Source: Eubacteriales bacterium (GTDB lineage: Bacteria > Bacillota > Clostridia > Oscillospirales > CAG-272). From it: a DNA stretch of 64,000 nucleotides. Each line of letters starts with the position of its first letter. The first letter of the stretch is position 1. The stretch spans positions 82,881-146,880 of the forward strand of contig JAZPYO010000034.1 of the NCBI GenBank assembly GCA_045544195.1, in the 5' to 3' direction. Below, in pieces: positions 1 to 10,319 of the stretch. The position numbers and the translations under genes were made by a program. The notes under the pieces are model-generated. The model was not told the origin of the DNA. It searched no databases and saw only the letters and a list, made by a program, of their open reading frames with translations.

Positions 1-1
1 G

Positions 2-1156
2 GAGCTTTTTGAAAAGGAAAAGATATCCTTCTATATCGGTTTTGACCCCACAGCCGATTCATTGCATGTCGGCCACTTTATGCAAATGAAGATAATGTCG
101 CATATGCAGAAGGCGGGTCATCGCCCCGTTGTCATTTTTGGCGGGGGTACGGCTATGATAGGCGACCCTTCGGGCAAAAACGATATGCGAAAAATGATGA
201 CAAAGGAAACGATACAGCACAATGTTGATTGCTTTAAGGAGCAGATGGCGAAATTTATCGACATTTCCGACGGAAAGGCGATATTCGTTGATAACGCTGA
301 TTGGCTTCTGAAGCTCAACTATGTTGAATTTATCAGAGATATCGGCAAGCACTTCAATATAAACAGAATGCTTGCGGCTGAATGCTATAAAGCAAGACTT
401 GAAAAGGGCGGTCTGACATTCCTTGAGTTCAACTACATGCTTATGCAGAGCTACGATTTTTATAAGCTGCACCAGGATTACGGAGTAAAAATGGAGCTTG
501 GCGGAGATGATCAGTGGTCAAATATCATAGGCGGCGTAGAGCTTGTAAGAAAAATGACGGGTGACGAGGTATACGGCGTTACGTTCAATCTTCTTACTAA
601 CAGCGAGGGTAAGAAGATGGGCAAGACAGAAAAGGGTGCTGTATGGCTTGATCCTGAAAAAACATCTCCCTACGATTTCTATCAGTACTGGCGTAACATC
701 GGTGATGCTGATGTTATCAAGTGTATGAAAATGCTCACATTTATGTCCTTGGAGGAGATCGCAGAATACGAAAAGCTCGAAGGCAGTGAGCTTAACAAAG
801 CAAAAGAAAAGCTCGCTTACGAGCTTACACTTCTTATCCACGGTAAAGAAGAGGCTGACAAGGCTGATGCAAGTGCAAAATCCCTTTTCGGCGGCGTAGG
901 CGATGCAGATAATATGCCTACAACACAGCTTTCTGAAAGTGATTTTATTGACGGACAGGTTTCAGTTTTGCAAATGCTCGTCGTTTCCGGCATCGCAAAA
1001 TCAAGAAACGAGGCAAGAACGCTTGTAACACAGGGAAGTATTACCGTTAATGATGAAAAGGTTACTGACCTTTCCGTAAAGCTCACAAAGGAGCAAATAG
1101 GCGACGGTATCATCGTTAAAAAAGGTAAGAAGATATACCACAAATTCACGGTTTGA
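2..1156 (+). CDS. tyrS: Tyrosine--tRNA ligase, 5' end cut by the window edge
   Basis: The frame is open from base 2 ([26 protein letters not shown]). It has a class I HIGH-type motif (HVGH), a KMSKS-type loop (KKMGKT) and a C-terminal S4-like RNA-binding tail. Confidence 0.9.
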   Translation, partial: ELFEKEKISFYIGFDPTADSLHVGHFMQMKIMSHMQKAGHRPVVIFGGGTAMIGDPSGKNDMRKMMTKETIQHNVDCFKEQMAKFIDISDGKAIFVDNADWLLKLNYVEFIRDIGKHFNINRMLAAECYKARLEKGGLTFLEFNYMLMQSYDFYKLHQDYGVKMELGGDDQWSNIIGGVELVRKMTGDEVYGVTFNLLTNSEGKKMGKTEKGAVWLDPEKTSPYDFYQYWRNIGDADVIKCMKMLTFMSLEEIAEYEKLEGSELNKAKEKLAYELTLLIHGKEEADKADASAKSLFGGVGDADNMPTTQLSESDFIDGQVSVLQMLVVSGIAKSRNEARTLVTQGSITVNDEKVTDLSVKLTKEQIGDGIIVKKGKKIYHKFTV

Positions 1157-1160
1157 TAAT

Positions 1161-1793
1161 ATGTTTGAAAAAGTAATTGAAAGCCTCGAAAAAAATAATA
1201 TCCGCGCTGCTTATGTAGAGGATACAACTCAGCTTATTGATTTTATAAAGGACTTTATTCCGAAGGGCTCAGTTGTTTCTAATGGCGGCTCTGTAACCTT
1301 GGCACAAACGGGTATAATTGACCTTTTGAGAAACGGTGATTACAGATTTTTGGACAGAGGAGCAGAAGGCCTTACCCGTGAGCAGATAGAGGAAATATTC
1401 CACAAAGCATTTAATGCAGATTATTATCTTATGAGCTCAAATGCTGTAACCGAGAACGGAATGCTATACAATGTCGACGGAAACAGCAACCGTGTCGCAG
1501 CCTTACTTTACGGACCTGCAAATGTCCTTGTAATAGTGGGAAAAAACAAGATAGTTAAGGATATTCCCGCGGCAATAGAGCGTGTGAAGACAGTTGCCGC
1601 ACCGAAAAATGCCGCTCGCTTAAGCTGCAGCACATACTGCAATTCCGCACAGAAATGCGTGAATGCTGACAGTTGCGATTTTGGCGGATGTGCTTCTGAT
1701 GCGCGGATCTGCTGTAATTATGTAATTACCTCGCACCAACGCCGCTACGGCAGAATAACCGTGGTTATAGTTGGGCAGGAGTTAGGGTATTAA
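1161..1793 (+). CDS. LUD (lactate-utilisation, YkgG/LutC-like, DUF162) domain protein with a Cys-rich C-terminus
   Basis: 210 aa. The overall pattern (NGGSVTLAQTGI..., MSSNAVTENGMLYNVDGNSNRVAALLYGP) resembles the LUD domain. The C-terminal cluster is CSTYCNSAQKC...CDFGGC...CC. It starts 5 nt after the tyrS stop. Confidence 0.6.
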   Translation: MFEKVIESLEKNNIRAAYVEDTTQLIDFIKDFIPKGSVVSNGGSVTLAQTGIIDLLRNGDYRFLDRGAEGLTREQIEEIFHKAFNADYYLMSSNAVTENGMLYNVDGNSNRVAALLYGPANVLVIVGKNKIVKDIPAAIERVKTVAAPKNAARLSCSTYCNSAQKCVNADSCDFGGCASDARICCNYVITSHQRRYGRITVVIVGQELGY

Positions 1794-1814
1794 TATAACG
1801 TTTGCGCAACAACA

Positions 1815-1858
1815 GTGCCGACTGAAGCTGGTAGCTTGAGTCGGCACTTGCTTTTTTA
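1815..1858. terminator. Hairpin terminator between convergent genes
   Basis: The GTGCCGACT...AGTCGGCAC 9-bp stem is followed by TTGCTTTTTT. It lies between the LUD gene (+) and the kinase gene (-). Confidence 0.6.
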
Positions 1859-3559
1859 TCTGTAGAATGTATTTCCGCCTATAAATTCACGGACGAGACT
1901 TGTCGGTGGTATCTCGTCATCAACATCAACGGCGGCTTGTATTGAATTGAGTATCTTTACCATACCTCTTACCTGATCGTAGCATTCATCCTCAGGTGTT
2001 ATCTCAAGAAGCAACGGATAAATGTATTTTTTCAATATTACAAGCTCATACAGCGTAGAGCTGTTGAAAATAAAATCTGCATTTTCTTGGAATGGGAATA
2101 TCCATCTTTCTTCGCCTCGTCTTACCGATTCCCACATTGACAAGGTTCTTTGAACTGATGCGCCGCGAGTTTCATAATCTCTTACAGTACGTCTTAACAG
2201 TCTTAAATAGCTCGTCGCAATACGGTTGTGATTATCGAGATTAAGCGGTATAAGTGGGCTTATATACAGCTTAAATATCGCATTTTTGTCAAGCTCGGCG
2301 GGGAGAAGAAGGGGATTTAAAGCGTGAAGCCCTTCGATTATTATGACAGAATCGTCATTAAGTCTCAGTTTATGTCCTTTCCATTCACGCTTTGCAGTCT
2401 TGAAATTGAAAATCGGAATTTCAACCTCTTCACCCTTTAAAAGCTGTGATAAATGCTCAGCAAAAAGGGAAGTGTCAATCGTGTTTATGTGCTCAAGATC
2501 GAGCTTTCCGTCAGGTCCGGGTTTAATGAGGCATCTATCCAGATAATAATCGTCAAGACTCATAAGTATAGGCTTTTTTCCGTGAACCCGAAGCTGTGTT
2601 GCCAAGCGGTTCGCAGATGTCGTTTTCCCTGAGGAGCTCGGCCCTGCAAGCATTACCGCCTTTGCATCACGCTCACATATCATGTCTGCTATGTGTGAAA
2701 AGCTCTTTTCGTGCAAAGCCTCATTAACTCTGATCAGTTCGCGTATTCTGCCGTTTTCAACAAGCTGATTCAGGTCCGCAACTGTTTCGCACTCCATAAG
2801 CTCACCCCATTGCTTGCCTTCGGTGTATACGTTCAGAAAGTTCGGCATTTCGCGGTAAGAGGAAACTCGGTCAGGGTCAAATACGTCAGGGAATATGAAA
2901 ATAAATCCGTCAGGGGCAGAGATGATGTCCCATGATCTCAAAAAAGATGTTGACGGCATCATTTCGCCGTAATAATAATCGCAAAAATCATCATATTCAT
3001 ATACATCTATCGTTGGAGATGTGCGGTATTTTAGCAGGCTTACCTTATCAAAGTCGCCGCTTTTTGTATACCGTTGAATTGCTTCGGCTGTAGTTATCCT
3101 TTTTCGTAATAAAGGTATATCCTGATCTACAATGTGTTGAACCTGCTTTTTGAGCCTATCGGAAGAAAAGTCGTCGGTGTTGCAAACTTTTATATACAAT
3201 CCTGAACCAACGGTACAATTCATTTTCCCCTGCGCTGACGGCCAAAGCTGTTTTATTGCAAGGAAGAGAATAAACTGAGCTGTCCTTTTATAAGCCTCTC
3301 TGCCTGTGGGATCCTTGTATCTGAGCAAACGGATCTTGCCATCCGATGCCGCCATTGCGCGCCGTATCGAATCACGGTCATTTGAAACGTCCTTTTGACG
3401 CAAGGGAATATAATTCAATGTAAAAATTTCGCCTGCAAGCTTTGCGGCGATAGGATCTTGTGATAACTTTCCGCTAACCAAGCCGAGCCGCTTTGCAAGA
3501 TCAAGCAGTGTTTCATCGGGCTGCGGAGAAATGCGCAGCCCATCAATGATCAATTCCAT
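1856..3559 (-). CDS. Uridine/nucleoside kinase-family P-loop protein with a long N-terminal (TGS-like) extension
   Basis: 567 aa. It has a Walker A motif (LAGPSSSGKTT) followed by the LMSLDDYY motif typical of Udk-like kinases. The N-terminal ~290 aa is an additional domain. Confidence 0.6.
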   Translation of the reverse strand: MELIIDGLRISPQPDETLLDLAKRLGLVSGKLSQDPIAAKLAGEIFTLNYIPLRQKDVSNDRDSIRRAMAASDGKIRLLRYKDPTGREAYKRTAQFILFLAIKQLWPSAQGKMNCTVGSGLYIKVCNTDDFSSDRLKKQVQHIVDQDIPLLRKRITTAEAIQRYTKSGDFDKVSLLKYRTSPTIDVYEYDDFCDYYYGEMMPSTSFLRSWDIISAPDGFIFIFPDVFDPDRVSSYREMPNFLNVYTEGKQWGELMECETVADLNQLVENGRIRELIRVNEALHEKSFSHIADMICERDAKAVMLAGPSSSGKTTSANRLATQLRVHGKKPILMSLDDYYLDRCLIKPGPDGKLDLEHINTIDTSLFAEHLSQLLKGEEVEIPIFNFKTAKREWKGHKLRLNDDSVIIIEGLHALNPLLLPAELDKNAIFKLYISPLIPLNLDNHNRIATSYLRLLRRTVRDYETRGASVQRTLSMWESVRRGEERWIFPFQENADFIFNSSTLYELVILKKYIYPLLLEITPEDECYDQVRGMVKILNSIQAAVDVDDEIPPTSLVREFIGGNTFYR

Positions 3560-3804
3560 AAATTTGACTCCGTTCTAAAAAAATAAAAGGCTGACACGCA
3601 GTAAAAACCGGTAGTCAACCATTAACGGTGGTTGGTAGAAACGCTTACCCATATTGTAAGCATATACCATCTGCGCAAAAAGCGCCTTGCTTGTTTATTT
3701 TAACATATTATTCTCACGATGTCAAGTATTAATTTTCGCAAAATGCCTAAACGTAGTGATAATTTAGAACAAAATGTAAATTCTTGATATTTTTACTGAA
3801 GGTA

Positions 3805-3833
3805 TTGACAAACCGTTAATTATATATTATAAT
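3805..3833 (+). promoter_or_regulatory. Consensus sigma-70/SigA promoter of the PqqD-giant-peptide-rSAM operon
   Basis: TTGACA (3805-3810), an exact 17-nt spacer, then TATAAT (3828-3833). Both hexamers are perfect consensus. Confidence 0.75.
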
Positions 3834-3865
3834 TAGTATGCATTATTATTTTTATAGGGAGAAGT

Positions 3866-4149
3866 GTATGATTTTAAAACAACGTGTTGTGATAAGAAAC
3901 ATAGCGGGTGAATTCATTGCCGTCCCTGTAAAAGCAGGTCAAAACAGCTTTGAGGGCGTCTTGACGACTAACGAGGTAGGGGCTTTCATTCTTGAACTTC
4001 TTAAGAATGAAATTTCATTTCCCGATCTTGTAAATGCCTTGGCATCCGAATTTGACGTTGATGCTGCAACGGCAGAAAATGATGCTTTGCATTTTGTCGA
4101 AAAGCTCCGCCAAAGCGGACTTATGGACAGCGAGGGAGGTACGTTATGA
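3866..4149 (+). CDS. PqqD-family peptide chaperone (stand-alone RiPP recognition element)
   Basis: Pattern ...IAGEFIAVPV...VLTTNEVGAFILELLKNEISFPDLVNALASEFDVDAATAENDALHFVEKLRQSGLM matches the PqqD fold signature (LNxxaxxiwxll, ...eydvd...a..Dv..fl..L...gl). I chose the ATG at 3866 because GGGAG lies 6-7 nt upstream. The track ATG at 3838 sits only 5 nt after the -10 box. Confidence 0.8.
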
Positions 4150-4209
4150 GTTAAGACCTGTTGTCACAAAGATCATGGTAAGAAAAAAATTATTTTAGGA
4201 GGCACAGAA

Positions 4210-7200
4210 TTGAAAAAAAGGATCTTATCTTTATTTCTTGTCAGCATAATGGTGTTCTCGGCTTTACCGTTGTCCGCGCTCGCCGAAATTGCTGATAACA
4301 GCGAAAAAAATGATTCTACAACGTCTCAGCTGGCAGAAACTACGAAGGATATTCTTGACGGTGCTATATATCTGCCTATAACTATCAGAGACTTCAACAA
4401 CGACGGTATCCTGTTCGAGTATAACAGCAGCGGTGTAATTTATGGTAGTAAAATGCGTATCCATGGCGATAATGCATCACAGTATGGACCTCTCACAGAT
4501 CCTTCAACTGAAAATCAGTTTGAAAAGGGTGATGCATACACAGCTTTTCCGACAACAGCAAACATATTAAGCCGTTATTACGGCGATTTTTACCGCGGCA
4601 CATCAAATAAAGCACCAAATCAAACAACTGTTGTTTATAATGCTGACGGCAGCGTGACACTCAAAAGTGATAGTGACGCAATTGACCCTCAGCTCCATAT
4701 TGATCTCAAGGGCAAAACAAAATCATATTCTTATCTTGCAATGGTGTATAAGAATGCGAAAAATATTGTGAATGACTCCAAGGTTGACTGGGAGGTATTT
4801 CCTTACGGCGTTGTTGATATGGCTGCCCGTAGAAAAAGTGGAGAGTATAATTCCGGCGATACCAAATTGGTAATTGGATCTGACGACTGGAACATCGTAT
4901 ATCTTCCGATCGACACAACGGAGGCTATGGACGGTATCCGTTTTGACTGGACGACCACACCTAATGCGGAAATCACGATAGCGGGCATTTATCTTGTCGA
5001 TTCAAAGCCTGCCAAGTCCGGATATGATGATGCAGCCGACCTTATGTATGCTGAAGGCACAACATTCAGCGGAAGCCTTCCTGCATCGAAAAACGTCACT
5101 TTTGCGTTTTTCCGTTACAGAAACGCAAATCCTTCAACATCGGTATCACTCAAAGTTAACGGAACGAATTTCGGTTCAACAAATTTAAAGAATGATTCCA
5201 TGTGGCATTGGGGCTATATGCACCCCGCTGCAGGTATCAACAACGGAACGTCATATACCTTGACGTCAACAGGCAATATCGAAATTTCAGAGCTGTATCT
5301 GCTCAACAATGATGATGCAGCGGCGTTGCAGGTATTGTTCAGAACATCGGGAAGCGGTCAGATCCCTGAAATGCATGCCCTTGAGGATTCCAACCTTGAT
5401 ATTCCTACAAGCGATGCTATCGTAGCAAAGCCCTATTACGATCCTACTATAGACTATGTTTTGTCCGAAACCGATAAAGCTGACGGTTATTACACACGCT
5501 ACTATGCGCAGAAGGATAATGCAACGCTCAATTTATATGATTACATTTCCAATGCAACGTACCGCATTAACTGCGGTAATGGAGCGATAGGACCGAAGTA
5601 TCCGCAATTTATGCAGATACGCTATAAGGCTTCCGGCTTTGGTAATAACAAAGGATTAGTTTTTAATTATAAAACAAACAGGGGTGCGGGCACTTTACAC
5701 CAGAGTGGAGCAAGCTCCGCGGTTACTGTGGATGATGACGGAAAATGGCACACGCTCGTTGTTCCGCTGAATAAAAGTCTCGACTGGTATCTTTGCGATA
5801 TTTCAACTGTTCTTCCCAAGGGCGCTACTTTGGATATTGACTATATAAACCTTTTCAATACAATCGCAGGCGCTGAGTATTATGTGAAGGACTGGGATAA
5901 ATTAAAGGCTAAGTATAACAACAATTTAGCTGCTATTTATGCAGACCACTGGGTACAGAGTGTTTTCTCGTTTAACACCAGCCCCAACGCGCACAAAACT
6001 GAGGGCGGTAACGGCCCTAACTCATCAGGCGGAGAATTCTTCTATAACTATCCCTTCAAGAGCGAGAGCGAGGCTGGAAAGATTCAGGCTTCGCTCAAGG
6101 ATTCGGAGACTGGTATTTATGATTCTACAAATCAAGTGTTCAAATTCCCGAACACAAATCGCACCTCTGTCGGCGGTACCCGCGGCACGTGGATAGAAGG
6201 TCTTGTCGATAATAAGCTCGGTCCGAACGGTAAGCCTGTTTATAAAAAGGAAATTGTTGAAGCGATCGCTAAAGCGCTTGCATTAGCTTTAACGATTCCT
6301 TACGAGTTGCCCGACGGAACACGTAACATCAGTGCTCTTGCAGGCGGTCTCGTTGATATCGACGTGCTTTTAGCAAATTGCAGTGATGATCAAAAGAATG
6401 CGATAATAAAAGATAAAATGAACGGTGATACGATGTTTGATATGGCAGAATATCTCCGTCACATGATCAAGCTGAACGGTAACTCACACGATACGTACTA
6501 TTATACAGTCGGCACATATGACGAAACAAAAGCTAAATCCGATCTCAGCTTTGCAAACGTTTCAACATGTATGGACGCAGCATACCTGTTGCTTAACGGT
6601 CTTTGGTCTTCAGCTGACGAAGGCGGTTACGCCATCGACCTGAACGATTATACAAATATCGGTCTTGTTTATGATGAGAAAAATGATTGCCACATATTCC
6701 GTTCATCTTATGCTGGCATCAATTATGACAAAGAAAACCGCCTCATTTACAACACCGTGATCGGTGATAAGGTAATTGAGCCCTGGATGGTTGCTACAAA
6801 AACAAATATGATCGCATCAACTTCTCCGGCTTCAGAATACCGCTTCCTTTCGGGCGCTATTGCACAAAGTGGCTACGGCGTAACTCATTCGCCGTATTAT
6901 TTCACAGACTGTAACTACGCAAATACCACAACTATGACTCGTTACGATTCTGCATCTAAAACAAATTTACTTGACCAGGATCTTAACGTAACAAAAACCG
7001 AAAGCGAAGCACAGTTTAACGGTCTGTTTTACGGCAATGACAACTATAACTTTACAGTTCAGGGACACGGTGTGTTTGTTTTTGACTCGACGAAGGATCT
7101 TTTCTTTGAGTTTAACGGCGATGACGACGTTTACCTTTATCTGAACAATGAACTTGTTCTTGATCTTGGCGGTGCTCACGGCAGAACAGATAAGAGAGTT

Positions 7201-10200
7201 AAAGTTACAGAGTTACTCAACACAAAGGGCATTGAAGACGGCGAGGTAGTTTCGTTCGACTTCTTCCAGGCTGAGCGTCACGGATATGGCTCTAACTTCG
7301 CTATTTTAACCAATATTCCGATCGTTACCCCTGATATTGAAGTTGATAAGACTGCTGAACAGGAAAATGAAACTCCCGATACGAAGGATGATGCGCTTGA
7401 ATACAATGCAACGGTAAATCCCGACGCGCCGATTTCTTACGCATTCAGTCTTGAGAATATCGCAGAAAATAAGGAATATCTTCACAATTTCACGTTTACA
7501 GACAACAAGGCAAGCGTTGAGCTTTCCAAGGATTTAATTAAGCTGAACGATCATACAACAATTAATGATATTACCGTGACGGTAGTATATTATGAATATG
7601 ACGAGGCTGACACCAAAAAAGAGAACTTAGAAACAAGAAAGAAAATAGAAATAACCTACGGCAAGGATACTCCGGGCTGGTCAGAGGATATGTTAAAGCA
7701 GATCCTTTCAGGTGATATTCTGCTTGAGTACGATTCGATAGATCCTGATCATCCCTATCGCGGAAAAGGTCTTTACTTTGGTGATTCGATCAAAATATCC
7801 GGTATCAATTACGTATTTACCGAAGATGATAAAAAGGAAGGCTCATTCCAGAATACTGTTGTTGTAACTACAGAAACAGTCGATTTGACGGGAATAGCTG
7901 AAACATTGGTTAAGCAGGATGATTTTGTCGTTATCCTTCCGAATGATAAGATATACCTTTGGGCTGACCATGCAAGAACGTTCAACGTATCAGAATTCTT
8001 TATTGATGAGTCAATCGGTAGAATACCGTATGAGAATATCGGAAAGACTATCGAAGATATTTCCTATGCTGCTGCTGTAACAGGTGTCTCTGAAGTAACT
8101 GACGGTCTTGCAGCTACATTTACTACCGGTGACGACATAAGAACGCAGTCATTCACCGTAAGTTCCACAAAAGTAGGTTCACTTACCTTTAAGTACAATG
8201 TTAAGCTTACTATCACAGATACAAAAGCGGAAGAAGGCACCGAGCCTACTGTGGAAAATATGACATATACCGTTGTAGTATATACTTACGATGCCAACGA
8301 TATATCATTCGCTCTCGACTACGGTCTGCCGATGGTGGTTAACACCGATGACTATCTCAAGGGTGATACAGTTAACCTCCGCACAAACACCGCTGCTTCT
8401 TCTAAAGTTACAGGCTATGCAACTTCACAGGATGTTTCATCTCCTAAGAGTGAGGCATACGGTACTATAAGCGAGCTGGGTGCTGACAGTTCTATAACCT
8501 ATACCCCCATTAAGTTTATCGAAGGCAGAGATTACGTTTATGTTAAGATAGGCGTATCTGAGGAATTTGGTTCAAATACTCCCTATGCGGTTACAAAGGG
8601 TGTTGAAATGTGGAAGAAGGTTTCCTTCGTTCCCGCATCCGTTGTTTACTACGAAGAAAAAATAGGTGTGAATTACAAATCTCCCGCGCAGACATTTGAG
8701 CTTGACAATGTTAACAGAACGCAGTCCGCTGACGGAGAGCTCCAGTACGGTTATGACAATGCGTACAATGATAACAACGCAACGCAGTCAGGCAATTCCG
8801 ACGCAGTTCCTCCGCAGTACTACATTATCTGGTACAAGGAAATAATTCAGGCAGGAACAGGAACAGGCGGCTTTGACAACCAGGGTAACACATATAACTT
8901 CAGTAACAATTCCTACGCTTATATCAATACTAAATCCGATGCTTATCAGTCATTCTGGAATAATAAGACAAATAACCAGCTCAATGCTGCTATCGAATTT
9001 ACATTCAATGGCACAGGATTTGAGATCATAAGCTATACGAATTTGAATACTGCAACCGTAGTTGTTGACGTATTCGATGCTGACGGTAATAAGGTAGATA
9101 CAAAGTACGTATTTACAAAGTACACCAACGGTCAGCTTCAGCAAGTTCCGATAATCGACTTTGAGGGTCTTACGTACGGTCGGTACAGCGTAAAGGTTTA
9201 CGCAGTTCCCGCTGTTGCGTCTACTGCAACAGACTTCTACCTTGACGGTATCAGAATCTTCGATCCTCTCGGAAAAGGCGATGACGGCGATTCTGCTCTG
9301 AGAGAAGAAACGTATCTTGAGAAGGAAAACAACGCTGATATCTTCGATATACGCGAACTCCTTCTTGCGTCCAACAAGGTTGCACTTGCCGGCACAAAGA
9401 TCGACGCTAACAAGACTGCATATTCTTTCATAGGCAACGGTACAACTCTTGTTGAAAGAAAGGGTAAGGGCCCCGGTATGATCGGCGAGGGTTATCTCAA
9501 TGAATCTATAGCTGACGCAGATGCATTATTCAACTACGCAACCGTTGGTCCTAACAACGAAATATACCTCAGTGCAGGTAATACAGTTGCAGTTCTTCTC
9601 ACCGCAAATGATGCTTCTTCCGCGAAGACATTCCAGGTTGAAGCTAAGCGTCTTGGCGAAACGAACTCATTACTTGCATACGTGGTTGTAGATGAAGAAG
9701 GCAACTACAGCTACAGACTTGCTGAGGTCAAGAGTTACACAGCAATGTATTTCGAAATTGACATTTCTGATTGTCCTAAGGACGAAAAAGGCAATTACGT
9801 TGTTATAATCGGTACAGCTCTCAATGATGCAGAACTCGATGCATTTAACGGTACGATAAGCCTTACATCATTCAAGGTTAAGGGCTACACAATGTCAGCA
9901 CCTGATATTTCCGTAAAAGCCACAACTGCAAACGCTGCATCTATGTCCGAGTTTGCAGAGATAGTTATGGAAGGTACAGAGGTAATTTCAGGTCATACAG
10001 CTAAGTATAACCCCGATCTGTATATCACGTCTGTAACATCTTCAGTATCTGCTACTGTTGGCGGCAAGGTTAAGTTTAACGTAGTCGCTTCGGCAGAAAC
10101 AACTGAAATAATAGTAAGAGACGGCAACGGTGAAATAGTTAACAGTGCAGTTCTTTCAGTAAGAACTATCGGTAATAACAAGATATTCACAGTTGAAATG

Positions 10201-10305
10201 GATGCACCTGCAAATGTAGGCACCTACAATTATGCAGTAGTTGCAGAGGATTCCGAAGGCAGACTGTCCGAAGAAGCACATTTCACTGCAACAGCAATTA
10301 ACTAA
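4210..10305 (+). CDS. Giant secreted protein (2031 aa) with a Sec signal peptide and a fibro-slime/PA14-like domain
   Basis: TTG start with AGGAGG 7 nt upstream. N-terminal signal MKKRILSLFLVSIMVFSALPLSALA. Fibro-slime hallmarks are ITIRDFNNDGILFEY near the N-terminus and FEFNGDDDVYLYLNNELVLDLGGAHG...FDFFQAERHGYGSNF near aa 960-1030. The C-terminal third is beta-rich and Ig-like. No LPXTG, dockerin or choline-binding anchor was seen. Confidence 0.75.
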   Translation: MKKRILSLFLVSIMVFSALPLSALAEIADNSEKNDSTTSQLAETTKDILDGAIYLPITIRDFNNDGILFEYNSSGVIYGSKMRIHGDNASQYGPLTDPSTENQFEKGDAYTAFPTTANILSRYYGDFYRGTSNKAPNQTTVVYNADGSVTLKSDSDAIDPQLHIDLKGKTKSYSYLAMVYKNAKNIVNDSKVDWEVFPYGVVDMAARRKSGEYNSGDTKLVIGSDDWNIVYLPIDTTEAMDGIRFDWTTTPNAEITIAGIYLVDSKPAKSGYDDAADLMYAEGTTFSGSLPASKNVTFAFFRYRNANPSTSVSLKVNGTNFGSTNLKNDSMWHWGYMHPAAGINNGTSYTLTSTGNIEISELYLLNNDDAAALQVLFRTSGSGQIPEMHALEDSNLDIPTSDAIVAKPYYDPTIDYVLSETDKADGYYTRYYAQKDNATLNLYDYISNATYRINCGNGAIGPKYPQFMQIRYKASGFGNNKGLVFNYKTNRGAGTLHQSGASSAVTVDDDGKWHTLVVPLNKSLDWYLCDISTVLPKGATLDIDYINLFNTIAGAEYYVKDWDKLKAKYNNNLAAIYADHWVQSVFSFNTSPNAHKTEGGNGPNSSGGEFFYNYPFKSESEAGKIQASLKDSETGIYDSTNQVFKFPNTNRTSVGGTRGTWIEGLVDNKLGPNGKPVYKKEIVEAIAKALALALTIPYELPDGTRNISALAGGLVDIDVLLANCSDDQKNAIIKDKMNGDTMFDMAEYLRHMIKLNGNSHDTYYYTVGTYDETKAKSDLSFANVSTCMDAAYLLLNGLWSSADEGGYAIDLNDYTNIGLVYDEKNDCHIFRSSYAGINYDKENRLIYNTVIGDKVIEPWMVATKTNMIASTSPASEYRFLSGAIAQSGYGVTHSPYYFTDCNYANTTTMTRYDSASKTNLLDQDLNVTKTESEAQFNGLFYGNDNYNFTVQGHGVFVFDSTKDLFFEFNGDDDVYLYLNNELVLDLGGAHGRTDKRVKVTELLNTKGIEDGEVVSFDFFQAERHGYGSNFAILTNIPIVTPDIEVDKTAEQENETPDTKDDALEYNATVNPDAPISYAFSLENIAENKEYLHNFTFTDNKASVELSKDLIKLNDHTTINDITVTVVYYEYDEADTKKENLETRKKIEITYGKDTPGWSEDMLKQILSGDILLEYDSIDPDHPYRGKGLYFGDSIKISGINYVFTEDDKKEGSFQNTVVVTTETVDLTGIAETLVKQDDFVVILPNDKIYLWADHARTFNVSEFFIDESIGRIPYENIGKTIEDISYAAAVTGVSEVTDGLAATFTTGDDIRTQSFTVSSTKVGSLTFKYNVKLTITDTKAEEGTEPTVENMTYTVVVYTYDANDISFALDYGLPMVVNTDDYLKGDTVNLRTNTAASSKVTGYATSQDVSSPKSEAYGTISELGADSSITYTPIKFIEGRDYVYVKIGVSEEFGSNTPYAVTKGVEMWKKVSFVPASVVYYEEKIGVNYKSPAQTFELDNVNRTQSADGELQYGYDNAYNDNNATQSGNSDAVPPQYYIIWYKEIIQAGTGTGGFDNQGNTYNFSNNSYAYINTKSDAYQSFWNNKTNNQLNAAIEFTFNGTGFEIISYTNLNTATVVVDVFDADGNKVDTKYVFTKYTNGQLQQVPIIDFEGLTYGRYSVKVYAVPAVASTATDFYLDGIRIFDPLGKGDDGDSALREETYLEKENNADIFDIRELLLASNKVALAGTKIDANKTAYSFIGNGTTLVERKGKGPGMIGEGYLNESIADADALFNYATVGPNNEIYLSAGNTVAVLLTANDASSAKTFQVEAKRLGETNSLLAYVVVDEEGNYSYRLAEVKSYTAMYFEIDISDCPKDEKGNYVVIIGTALNDAELDAFNGTISLTSFKVKGYTMSAPDISVKATTANAASMSEFAEIVMEGTEVISGHTAKYNPDLYITSVTSSVSATVGGKVKFNVVASAETTEIIVRDGNGEIVNSAVLSVRTIGNNKIFTVEMDAPANVGTYNYAVVAEDSEGRLSEEAHFTATAIN

Positions 10306-10319
10306 GGAGGTAAATAAAA

